Below, one piece after another: positions 44,301 to 53,300 of a stretch of 64,000 nucleotides of DNA. Every line of letters begins with the position of its first letter. Position 1 is the stretch's first letter. Under the pieces are notes generated by a model. It was not told where the DNA came from. It searched no databases and saw only the letters and a program-made list of their open reading frames with translations. The DNA comes from Ignavibacteria bacterium (GTDB lineage: Bacteria > Bacteroidota > Ignavibacteria > Kapaibacteriales > UBA2268). Location of the stretch: the NCBI GenBank assembly GCA_031261605.1, contig JAISJI010000055.1:12844-76843 (forward strand). The letters are read 5' to 3'. Position numbers and translations under genes: made by a program.

Positions 44301-46379
44301 ATGGTAATTACACCTATTCTTACTCTTGCTATCATTATAGCAATTTTTGTTCTTGTCCTATTATTCAATGCGTTTGCTATCGTCAAATCTGATGAGTTAG
44401 CCACTATAGAACGCCGTTATCTTGGTAAAGAGATGCCTAATGAACGGACTGTTGCCCTACGAGGCGAGGTCGGTATTCAGGCAAATCTTTTCGGTCCCGG
44501 TCTCCATTTCCTAATCCCCTTTGTTCAAAAGGTAAAGAAGTATAAGTACTTCGTTATCAATGAAGGAGAGATAGGTTGTGTAGAAGCAATTACAGGTACT
44601 CCTATCAAATCTGGTAACGTTATGGCTTCCAAAGTGGAATGTGATATGTTCCAAGATGGAGAAGCATTCCTCTTAAATGGCGGACAGAAAGGTCCTCAAT
44701 TAGATGTTCTTCCTCCAGGAGAGTATCGCATCAATCCACATCTTTTCATTCTCCATAAGTTCTCTGAGGTTAATGTGGAAAATGGACATCTTCGTGTTGT
44801 TTCTGCTATTGATGGCGGGAAGTTAAAAGACGGAAGAATCTTGGCGGATTCTGTCTCTGGTCATTGTAACTTCCAAAAGGCAGATGAGTTTTTAAAGAAT
44901 GGCGGACAAAGAGGTCAGCAGATTGACTTCTTAATGCCAGGTACTTATCGTATAAATCTCTTAATGTTTCAAATCTCTGATAATATCCAGTGGGTATCTA
45001 TTGACTCAAAACATATTGGTGTTGTAACTACAAAAGAAGGTCATCCTATTTCTAATCCTAACGCTATTGCTGCTAAAGAGTTTAATCTGGAGAGACATTC
45101 TAATTTCCAAGACGCCTCTAAATTCTTAGAAATTGGTGGTGAGAAGGGATTACAACCTTATGTCTTGAGACCTGGTCAGTATGCTATCAACCCATTCTTC
45201 GCTTCTGTTTCATTAGAGGAGATGGTAGAGATAGATATAGGTCAATGTGCAGTAGTAACATCTTATGTAGGACAGGAATATGAAGCACCTGCTGAAGATA
45301 GTAAATCTCATAATGTTAATGCTAAGTTAGTCCCTACTGGATACAAAGGTATATGGAATGTTCCGTTAGGACCTGGTATGCACCCTCTTAACCCGAGAAC
45401 CTGTTCATGGTCTATTGTTCCTACTACTCAGGTTGTTTTAAGTTGGGCTAATGCTAAATCCTCTGCTTATGATTACGATAAAAACTTAAAGACCATTACG
45501 TTAAGGACCTCTGATGCCTTTGATGTTAATATGGATGTTCAAGTGATGTTCCATATCCCTATGGATAAAGCACCTGCTGTTGTTGCTGACCTTGGTTCTA
45601 TACAAGATTTAATCACACAAGTACTTGAACCTGCTGTTAGTTCCCATTTTAGGAATGCTGCTCAAGAGGTCAAAGCACTTGATTTATATACACAACGTGC
45701 GGGGCTTGCATCTAGGGCGAAGTCCCAGATAGCAGATGTTCTTGGTCTCTATCATATTGAATCTCGTGATGTTATGATAACTGATGTTATTCTACCCGAA
45801 GAGATTGTTGCTCCTGTTAAGTTGGCTGCTATTGCTATTGAAGATAAAAAGAAGTTTGAGAACCAGGAAGTTGCTCAAAATGCTAGAAAGAGCTTAGAGT
45901 TTGCTAAGAAGCAGGCGGATATGCAGGAAGCGCTTGTTGCATCACAGCGTGAGATTGAAATCTCTGATAATAAAGCGAAATCTGTTGCAAAAACTGCTGA
46001 AGGTGAAAGAAATGCCAGCATTTTTAGAGCAGAAGCTGAAGCGAAACAAATAGAGTTAAAAGCTACAGCGGATGCTATGCAGATAAAACTTATTGCTGAT
46101 TCTCAATCAGAGAGTATTCGTAAGGTCGGTCTGGCCGAGGCAGAAATCATTATGGAGAAAGGTAAATCACAGGCGGAAGCATATAAACTATCGCAGGAAG
46201 CACTTGGCGATGATTATGCGAAATTGCAAATGGTTGAATCTCTTGGTTATAATCAAGTAAAACTTATCCCTGACAATATCATTATCGGTGGTTCGGAGGG
46301 TGGTAGTTTGATTAATCAGTTTATGGCTATTGAAATGGCTGAGAAGGTAACGGGTAAATCTTGGAATACTTCTAAATAG
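44301..46379 (+). CDS. flotillin-like SPFH/band-7 protein with three N-terminal NGGQxGxQ repeats
   Basis: N-terminal TM helix; three tandem repeats (NGGQKGPQLDVLPPGEYRINP / NGGQRGQQIDFLMPGTYRINL / IGGEKGLQPYVLRPGQYAINP); SPFH core; flotillin-like Ala/Glu-rich coiled-coil C-terminus. Confidence 0.7.
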   Translation: MVITPILTLAIIIAIFVLVLLFNAFAIVKSDELATIERRYLGKEMPNERTVALRGEVGIQANLFGPGLHFLIPFVQKVKKYKYFVINEGEIGCVEAITGTPIKSGNVMASKVECDMFQDGEAFLLNGGQKGPQLDVLPPGEYRINPHLFILHKFSEVNVENGHLRVVSAIDGGKLKDGRILADSVSGHCNFQKADEFLKNGGQRGQQIDFLMPGTYRINLLMFQISDNIQWVSIDSKHIGVVTTKEGHPISNPNAIAAKEFNLERHSNFQDASKFLEIGGEKGLQPYVLRPGQYAINPFFASVSLEEMVEIDIGQCAVVTSYVGQEYEAPAEDSKSHNVNAKLVPTGYKGIWNVPLGPGMHPLNPRTCSWSIVPTTQVVLSWANAKSSAYDYDKNLKTITLRTSDAFDVNMDVQVMFHIPMDKAPAVVADLGSIQDLITQVLEPAVSSHFRNAAQEVKALDLYTQRAGLASRAKSQIADVLGLYHIESRDVMITDVILPEEIVAPVKLAAIAIEDKKKFENQEVAQNARKSLEFAKKQADMQEALVASQREIEISDNKAKSVAKTAEGERNASIFRAEAEAKQIELKATADAMQIKLIADSQSESIRKVGLAEAEIIMEKGKSQAEAYKLSQEALGDDYAKLQMVESLGYNQVKLIPDNIIIGGSEGGSLINQFMAIEMAEKVTGKSWNTSK

Positions 46380-46409
46380 ATTTGTGCTATTGTAGATAAA
46401 CTATAGAAT

Positions 46410-46676
46410 ATGGAGAATGATATTATAACAAAGGAATGGCTTAATGCTAATTTTGTTTATGATGAGAATCTTAAAATGTGGAGAGCATCATCAGATGTTG
46501 ATGGGAAATGGTATATTAAGAGATATTCATATGAACCTGACACATTTGCATTATATCTTCGTTTATTTGATGCTCCTCACTTACGTGATTTATATGCCAT
46601 TATTTATAAGGGAACTTCTATACAAGAACTTCTTAAGCACCTATCTGGTTTGGATGATGGTTCAAAATCTTCGTGA
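46410..46676 (+). CDS. small hypothetical protein (AT-rich islet)
   Basis: 88-aa ORF with no recognisable family; first gene of the AT-rich segment upstream of the CRISPR array. Confidence 0.35.
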   Translation: MENDIITKEWLNANFVYDENLKMWRASSDVDGKWYIKRYSYEPDTFALYLRLFDAPHLRDLYAIIYKGTSIQELLKHLSGLDDGSKSS

Positions 46677-46721
46677 ACTATAACTTTTAGAATTTCTTTT
46701 CGTAGTTGCATTTACTTTTAT

Positions 46722-46750
46722 GTTGTAAATTGGTCTCAATTTTGTTATTT
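46722..46750 (+). repeat. solitary partial CRISPR repeat (29-nt 5' half GTTGTAAATTGGTCTCAATTTTGTTATTT, identical to the array repeat)
   Basis: Exact match to positions 1-29 of the 46-nt repeat, about 2.3 kb upstream of the first canonical repeat. Confidence 0.8.
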
Positions 46751-46859
46751 ATACTATTAGTAGTAATGGTATTATCTAGTGCTACACTGCAAGCCACTAT
46801 CACTATTTAACATTTTACATATAATGGTGTTCCTTTAAGAAGATTTGTTTGTTTTGATA

Positions 46860-47084
46860 GATGAATTAGATTTAGATGATTCAACCTCTTATACTGCTAT
46901 TACATCGTGGTCTTCAAAATCAGCAAAAGGCTATATAACACTATATCTGAATGAAAAAATGCAAATTTGTGTCAGCTATACAGATTATAATGGCGATGTT
47001 GTTTATGATAAACAACATCCGGACGAGGATGTATATGAAGACGGAGGAGATTATGATGGATATGGAGAAGATTATGATGAATAA
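46860..47084 (+). CDS. small highly acidic hypothetical protein (C-terminus DEDVYEDGGDYDGYGEDYDE)
   Basis: ORF 46845..47084 with a likelier start at the ATG at 46860; strongly acidic, Tyr/Asp-rich tail. Confidence 0.4.
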   Translation, partial: DELDLDDSTSYTAITSWSSKSAKGYITLYLNEKMQICVSYTDYNGDVVYDKQHPDEDVYEDGGDYDGYGEDYDE

Positions 47085-47092
47085 TGTAAATA

Positions 47093-47800
47093 ATGCTTCA
47101 CAAGACAGAACTAAATATGAAGATAATTGATAAAAACAAAGATTATTATGATTACTTACAAGGCATAAATGGAATAGACCCTCAAGTTACTTTTGATAGG
47201 AGAGGTTCATTTATGCCTTCTATAAACTGGTTAAATAGTTTCATTATACCTTATCAAGAACCTGATAAATATCTTTTTCCTAACATAAACAAAAGCAAAA
47301 TAGTATTAGAAGTAGGGTTTCAACACTACATATTAGAGATAGAAAGAATGAAAGATGAAACTTGCAAATATAAATTGCATTCTCAGAGTAGAGATGAACA
47401 TTGTGGAGCATCTGTTATAGGAATATATCGCTTATCTTATTATTCAAGAGATGATAGGTGGAAAGTAACTAAAGAAACTCATATTCCGACTATTTTAGTA
47501 TCTGATAGTGAAACTAAAAGTAATATAGAATATGATGTTGTTATGACCCCTTGTTTCAAATGTTTATCTTCTGATACAGAAAATGTTAGACAATCTCCAT
47601 ATCTAAACCCAATATTAAAAGATACATTCATTCCTTCTATTATAGATGCACAAACTATCTGGAACAACATATATGAATATATTAGTTTTACTAATGAACC
47701 TTTAATAACAGATAGTATGACAGATAAAGAAAAATTAGAATCGAAAGGGTTTGATAACAAAAGTTCATTTAGACATCCGGTAAAATACGTTATGATTTGA
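47093..47800 (+). CDS. hypothetical protein; 3' end overlaps a degenerate CRISPR repeat
   Basis: 235-aa ORF; the last codons (..YVMI*) are encoded by repeat variant GTTATGATTTGA... Confidence 0.4.
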   Translation: MLHKTELNMKIIDKNKDYYDYLQGINGIDPQVTFDRRGSFMPSINWLNSFIIPYQEPDKYLFPNINKSKIVLEVGFQHYILEIERMKDETCKYKLHSQSRDEHCGASVIGIYRLSYYSRDDRWKVTKETHIPTILVSDSETKSNIEYDVVMTPCFKCLSSDTENVRQSPYLNPILKDTFIPSIIDAQTIWNNIYEYISFTNEPLITDSMTDKEKLESKGFDNKSSFRHPVKYVMI

Positions 47801-47833
47801 TTACATTTTAGTATATTTGTGGTGATACACAAC
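47789..47833 (+). repeat. degenerate CRISPR repeat (GTTATGATTTGATTACATTTTAGTATATTTGTGGTGATACACAAC)
   Basis: Shares termini GTT.TG...ACAAC and the central TTTGT.GTGGAT/A.ACAAC block with the canonical repeat; nearly identical to the variant at 48783. Confidence 0.75.
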
Positions 47834-47919
47834 CAAACTATTGCTTGATATTTCTACGAGATACAAGGAATTACAGAGTTGAACAAGGCGAAGGCATATT
47901 ATAATTTTATATAACAATT

Positions 47920-48477
47920 ATGAAAACTTACAATGATTATAAAGATTTGTTATTACAAATCAATTCATATCTAAATGAATCAGTTGATTTTAGTTTAAAT
48001 TTTAAGAGAAAATTAACTGATGATTTGTTAAAATTAAGCTATGTATTAGATGAATTTTATAATAATATTTTAACAGATAAAAATGGAAATATACATAATA
48101 GAAATACTGAAAGTTTTTATGTACATATTCATAAACCTGGAAAACATTTAGCAAAAATAAGAATCAGTGAATATGCACCTTTGTCATTCAATAAAATTGT
48201 AAATGATATTGTAAAAAATAAATATCAATATTATTATATCATAAATTTAACAGGGACAGAATGGAATAGTGTATTTAGTAAATTTTTTTTAAGACAATGT
48301 GTACTTCAAGCTGATGTATCAAATTTAACCCAAGTTGATTATGTATCCAAATCTATCATAAGTAATGATGTAAACAAACTGGTTATTAATATTATGGATA
48401 CTATATTGACATATTTACAAACCAACAACATAATTATATCAGGTTTAGAAATAGATTGGAACATATCAAAAATATAA
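47920..48477 (+). CDS. hypothetical protein (AT-rich, Asn/Tyr/Lys-rich)
   Basis: 185-aa ORF between two degenerate repeats; no family recognised. Confidence 0.4.
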   Translation: MKTYNDYKDLLLQINSYLNESVDFSLNFKRKLTDDLLKLSYVLDEFYNNILTDKNGNIHNRNTESFYVHIHKPGKHLAKIRISEYAPLSFNKIVNDIVKNKYQYYYIINLTGTEWNSVFSKFFLRQCVLQADVSNLTQVDYVSKSIISNDVNKLVINIMDTILTYLQTNNIIISGLEIDWNISKI

Positions 48478-48482
48478 ATATT

Positions 48483-48794
48483 ATGAAAAATTATCAAACA
48501 TACAAAATACTATCACTTATGGACAAAGTGCCTGTAGTAGATATGGCTACCTATATAGGTAAAATTTCACCATCTCTGTATGGTGAAGGTAAGGTTAAAC
48601 TCAAACAGAGAGATTGGTTCTACAATTTATCTACTGATGGAGGTGGTTATGTATATTACCATCATAAACAAGCATTATATGAGATAGTGGATAGAGACCT
48701 AATACTTTGTAAGAATATTGATTATAATTTGATACATCTGGTGATTGACAACTTCAGCAACTCAGTTCCCAATATATGGCACGTTATGATTTGA
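48483..48794 (+). CDS. hypothetical protein; 3' end overlaps a degenerate CRISPR repeat
   Basis: ORF 48456..48794, probable start at the ATG at 48483; ends ..HVMI* inside repeat variant GTTATGATTTGA, mirroring the gene at 47093. Confidence 0.35.
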   Translation: MKNYQTYKILSLMDKVPVVDMATYIGKISPSLYGEGKVKLKQRDWFYNLSTDGGGYVYYHHKQALYEIVDRDLILCKNIDYNLIHLVIDNFSNSVPNIWHVMI

Positions 48795-50042
48795 TTACAT
48801 TTTCGTTATATTTGTGGTGATACACAACAACTACTACTGCATTAACTACTGCTAATACGTTGTGATTTGCGTTCTTTTTCGTTATATTTGTGGTGATACA
48901 CAACACACGAAAAAAGCACGTCATTTGTCTTGAAGTTGTGATTTGCGTTCTTTTTCGTTATATTTGTAGTGGATTACAACTCCAAGCAGCGTTAGTATTG
49001 AATCTCTTCAGTTGTAAATTGGTCTCAATTTTGTTATTTTTGTAGTGGATTACAACTCTGTTGCCTCTCTGGGTCTTAATGCACGGTTGTAAATTGGTCT
49101 CAATTTTGTTATTTTTGTAGTGGATTACAACCTTGTTCTTTCCATACTTTATTTCAATGAAGTTGTAAATTGGTCTCAATTTTGTTATTTTTGTAGTGGA
49201 TTACAACTAATTATTATCTAACGCGTCGCACGGAATGGTTGTAAATTGGTCTCAATTTTGTTATTTTTGTAGTGGATTACAACATACCGATCAAATGAAT
49301 CGTTCGGAACGATGTTGTAAATTGGTCTCAATTTTGTTATTTTTGTAGTGGATTACAACTTCATTAACAATAAATTTACCACTATTTTGTTGTAAATTGG
49401 TCTCAATTTTGTTATTTTTGTAGTGGATTACAACAGTTGGTGGCTTTGTATCAGTGCCTGCTGTGTTGTAAATTGGTCTCAATTTTGTTATTTTTGTAGT
49501 GGATTACAACTTTTTAATATAATTTTCAATATATTCACCTGTTGTAAATTGGTCTCAATTTTGTTATTTTTGTAGTGGATTACAACCGTCTAAATTTGGG
49601 ATACCAACAAACGATTGTTGTAAATTGGTCTCAATTTTGTTATTTTTGTAGTGGATTACAACTATTGATGGCAACACAACGAGCAAAGAGTTGTTGTAAA
49701 TTGGTCTCAATTTTGTTATTTTTGTAGTGGATTACAACAATATGTTCGCTCATATCGTATTCTATATAGTTGTAAATTGGTCTCAATTTTGTTATTTTTG
49801 TAGTGGATTACAACTATAAGTATAGCGTATGTCTTGGCTCTGCCGTTGTAAATTGGTCTCAATTTTGTTATTTTTGTAGTGGATTACAACTTTCCTGGAT
49901 TGACTAATATTTATTATTTAGTTGTAAATTGGTCTCAATTTTGTTATTTTTGTAGTGGATTACAACGATTCTGAAGTGGATATTTATAGCAGCGGCGTTG
50001 TAAATTGGTCTCAATTTTGTTATTTTTGTAGTGGATTACAAC
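48783..50042 (+). CRISPR. CRISPR array: 17 repeats of 46 nt (14 canonical GTTGTAAATTGGTCTCAATTTTGTTATTTTTGTAGTGGATTACAAC from 49011, plus 3 progressively degenerate repeats at 48783, 48859, 48935), 16 spacers of 29-30 nt
   Basis: Repeat starts read directly: 48783, 48859, 48935, 49011, 49086, 49162, 49238, 49314, 49389, 49465, 49541, 49617, 49693, 49769, 49845, 49921, 49997. The repeat has the 7-bp terminal inverted repeat GTTGTAA / TTACAAC. Confidence 0.95.
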
Positions 50043-50094
50043 ATTCCCACTGCAACACTCGCAATAACAGTAACTTATACTAAACACTACGAAT

Positions 50095-50145
50095 GAAAAA
50101 AGAGCGAGCTTTTGAAATAGAAAGCCCGCTCTTTTGTTTTTTTGC
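50095..50145. terminator. bidirectional terminator-like hairpin (AAAAAA AGAGCGAGC...GCCCGCTCT TTTGTTTTTTT) between array and tracrRNA
   Basis: Stem flanked by an A-tract and a T-tract, so it can act on either strand. Confidence 0.55.
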
Positions 50146-50248
50146 AATCTTGCAGATAAAAAAATATCTGATAACAATATATTCAAATTATTTTTGTATA
50201 TTGCGTTCTCTTGTATTGCGATTTAAGTAATCTAAGTATAATCCGTTT

Positions 50249-50345
50249 AAAAAACAGAAACCCAACATAAATGCTGGGCTGCCGTGATGTTTTCACAACG
50301 GAATAATCCTTATTGTAAATTGTTCTCAATTTTGAATTACAAATA
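50249..50345 (-). ncRNA. predicted tracrRNA (anti-repeat + hairpins + intrinsic terminator), transcribed on the minus strand toward the array
   Basis: Plus-strand 50312-50342 ATTGTAAATTGTTCTCAATTTTGAATTACAA is a diverged repeat copy. Its minus-strand transcript UUGUAAUUCAAAAUUGAGAACAAUUUACAAU pairs with repeat positions 1-23 (about 22 bp, one mismatch). It is followed by stem-loops (CCGUUGUGAAAACAUCACGG; CAGCCCAGCAUUUAUGUUGGGUUUCUG) and UUUUUU. Confidence 0.6.
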
Positions 50346-50366
50346 TAACTATATTTTTGTTAACTA
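50331..50366 (+). promoter_or_regulatory. putative Bacteroidetes-type promoter for cas9 (-33 TTTG at 50331, -7 TATTTTTG at 50352-50359)
   Basis: TAnnTTTG-type -7 element 28 nt upstream of the cas9 ATG; -33/-7 spacing of 17 nt is slightly shorter than the 19-21 consensus. Confidence 0.35.
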
Positions 50367-50387
50367 CCAAATATTATCAAAATTATT

Positions 50388-53300
50388 ATGAAAAAAGTTT
50401 TAGGTTTAGATTTAGGAACGACTTCTATTGGCTGGGCATTGGTAAATAGAGCCGAAACAAAAGAAGAACGCTCAAATATTATTAAATTAGGTGTTAGAGT
50501 TGTGCCATTGTCTGTTGATGAAAATCTGAACTATGGCAAAGGGAAACCTATAACTACCAATGCTGGCAGACGGTTAAAGCGTGGAATGCGCCGAAATCTC
50601 CAGAGGTATAAGTTGCGTAGAGAAAATCTAATAGAAATTCTTAAAGACAATAAGTTCATTACAGATGATACTTTTCTCTCGGAAGAAGGTAAAGACACTA
50701 CATTTGAGACATATACACTGCGGGCAAAGGCAGTAACCGATGAGATTGCACTAGACGAATTGGCAAGAGTATTGCTGATGATTAATAAGAAACGTGGCTA
50801 TCGGAGTGGTAGAAAGGTAACAAACGATGAAGATGGCCAATCTGTTGATAGTATGGAGGTCGCTAAGAATTTATATCAAGATAATCTAACCCCAGGTGAA
50901 TTCAGTTTAAATCTGCTAAAGCAAGGTAAAAAAGAACTACCGGATTATTATCGCACTGATTTAAAAGCTGAAATAGATAAAATATGGGAATACCAACGAG
51001 AATATCACTCAGAAATACTTACAGACGAACTTAAAATACAACTTGAAGGAAAAGGACAAAAGGCAGCTGCACAACTATTCTTTGCTAAGTATGGATTTAA
51101 TACCGCAGATGTGAAAGGCAGTAAAGAAGCACAAAAACTGAAAAAATATGAATTGCGAGTGGATGCCTTGACAAAGGAGTTGGATAAAGAGGAACTTGCA
51201 CTTGTAATTTCAAATATTTGTGGTGAAATTAATAGTTCGAGTGGATACTTGGCAGCGATAAGCGATAGAAGTAAGGAACTGGAATTTAATAACCAAACTG
51301 TTGGTCAGTATTTTATGGAGCAATTAGCAAAAAATTCACATTTCAGTGTCAAAAATAAGATCTTCTACAGACAAGATTATATTGACGAATTTGAAAAGAT
51401 ATGGTCGACGCAAAGTAAATTCCATACAGAACTAACTAACGAATTGAAATCAAAAATTAGAGATGTGATTATTTTTTATCAACGAAGATTGAAGAGTCAA
51501 AAAGGGCTGATTAGTTTCTGCGAGTTCGAAAGAAGAGAAGTTGAAATAGAGATTGACGGCAAAATAAAGGAGAAGGTAGTTGGCTCAAGAGTCGTGCCTA
51601 AATCTTCTCCTTTATTTCAAGAATTTAAAATATGGCAAATCCTTAATAATATTCAGGTTACAACACATAAGCAGACGGGCGAATATTTTGAATTAGAGCA
51701 AGACCAAAAGGAATACTTAGCACAGGAATTGAGTATTAGAACAAAATTATCTGCCACAGAAGCATTAAAGCTACTATACCCCAAAGAAGACAAAGATTAT
51801 GATTTGAATTACAATATATTGGAAGGAAATAAGACGCAAGCAGAGTTATTTGATGTATACAAAAAAATTATAGTGGAAAGTAATAGATTAAGCGACCACG
51901 ATTTTTCAAAAATGAATGCAAAGCAAACAATAGAGGCGGTAGCAGAAATATTTGACGACTTGGGATACAGCACGGATATTTTGGAATTTGATTCTTCTTA
52001 TGAAGGAGATATTCGCCAGCAGCCGATGTATAAATTGTGGCATATATTATATTCGTATGAGGGTGATAGTGGAAATGAAAAATTAGAAAAGAAATTAACC
52101 GACTTATATGGATTTGCGCAAGAAACTGCTAAACGTATTGCAAATATTTCTTTTTCGTTGGATTACGGAAACTTAAGCGCGAAAGCAATTAAAAAGATAC
52201 TGCCATTTCTAAAAAGTGGCTCACGCTATGATGAATCTGTAGAAAAAGGAGGATATGATAGACATTCTAAGAGTTCGCTGACAAAAGAAGAAATTGATAA
52301 TAAGATATTGAAAGATAAATTAAAAAACCTTCCTAAAAATTATTTACGTAATCCAGTTGTAGAGAAGATTTTAAATCAAATGGTAAATGTAGTAAATGCT
52401 ATTATTGATACTTACGGCAAACCAGATGAAATAAGCGTTGAACTTGCGCGAGAATTGAAAATGAATGCAAAAGAGAGAGAAAATAAAACGAAAGCAATAT
52501 CCAAATCTAACAAAAACAACGAAGCAATAAAAAAACGTTTGAAGGATGAATTTAGTATCAGTAATGTAAGTCATAATGATATATTGCGTTATAAGTTATA
52601 TCAGGAACTGAAAGATAATGCCTATAAGACACTTTATTCAAATCAATATATCCCGCAGGAAAAATTATTTAGCAAAGAAATTGACAGAGACCATATTATT
52701 CCGCAATCCCGTTTATTTGATGATTCATTCTCCAATAAAATATTGGAATATAAAAGCGTTAATATTGAAAAAGGAAATGAAACCGCTTATGATTATGTTC
52801 TAAATAAATATGGAAAAGAGAAAATTGATGATTATTTATCAAAAATAAATAAATTGTATGCCAACAAATCCATATCCAAGACGAAATACAATAAATTGAA
52901 AATGAAAGGCATAGACATCCCAGATGATTTTATTGAAAGGGACATAAAAGATACTCAATATATTGCAAAAACAGCCAAAAATATGTTAGAGGAAATTGTA
53001 AATGTTGTCATTTCCACTTCAGGGGAAATAACAAGCAAACTACGTGAGGATTGGGGATTAGTAGATATAATGAAGGAATTGAATTGGGATAAATACAGCA
53101 AACTTGGATTAACAGAAGTGATAGAAAATGAAGAAGGACATAAAATAAGCAAAATTAAAGATTGGAATAAGCGTAACGACCATCGCCATCACGCAATGGA
53201 TGCTCTAACCGTTGCATTTACTACGCGTAGCCATATCCAGCACCTCAATACATTGAAATCTAATTCTGAATCTGACTTAATTTATAAGGACAAGAGAAAT

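Noticed and set aside
48958-50186. ORFs 48958..49179(-), 49291..49482(-) and 49944..50186(-) encoding repeated VVIHYKNNKIETNLQ peptides
   Set aside because: They are translations of the CRISPR repeats (the periodic identical peptide matches the repeat period) and are not genes.
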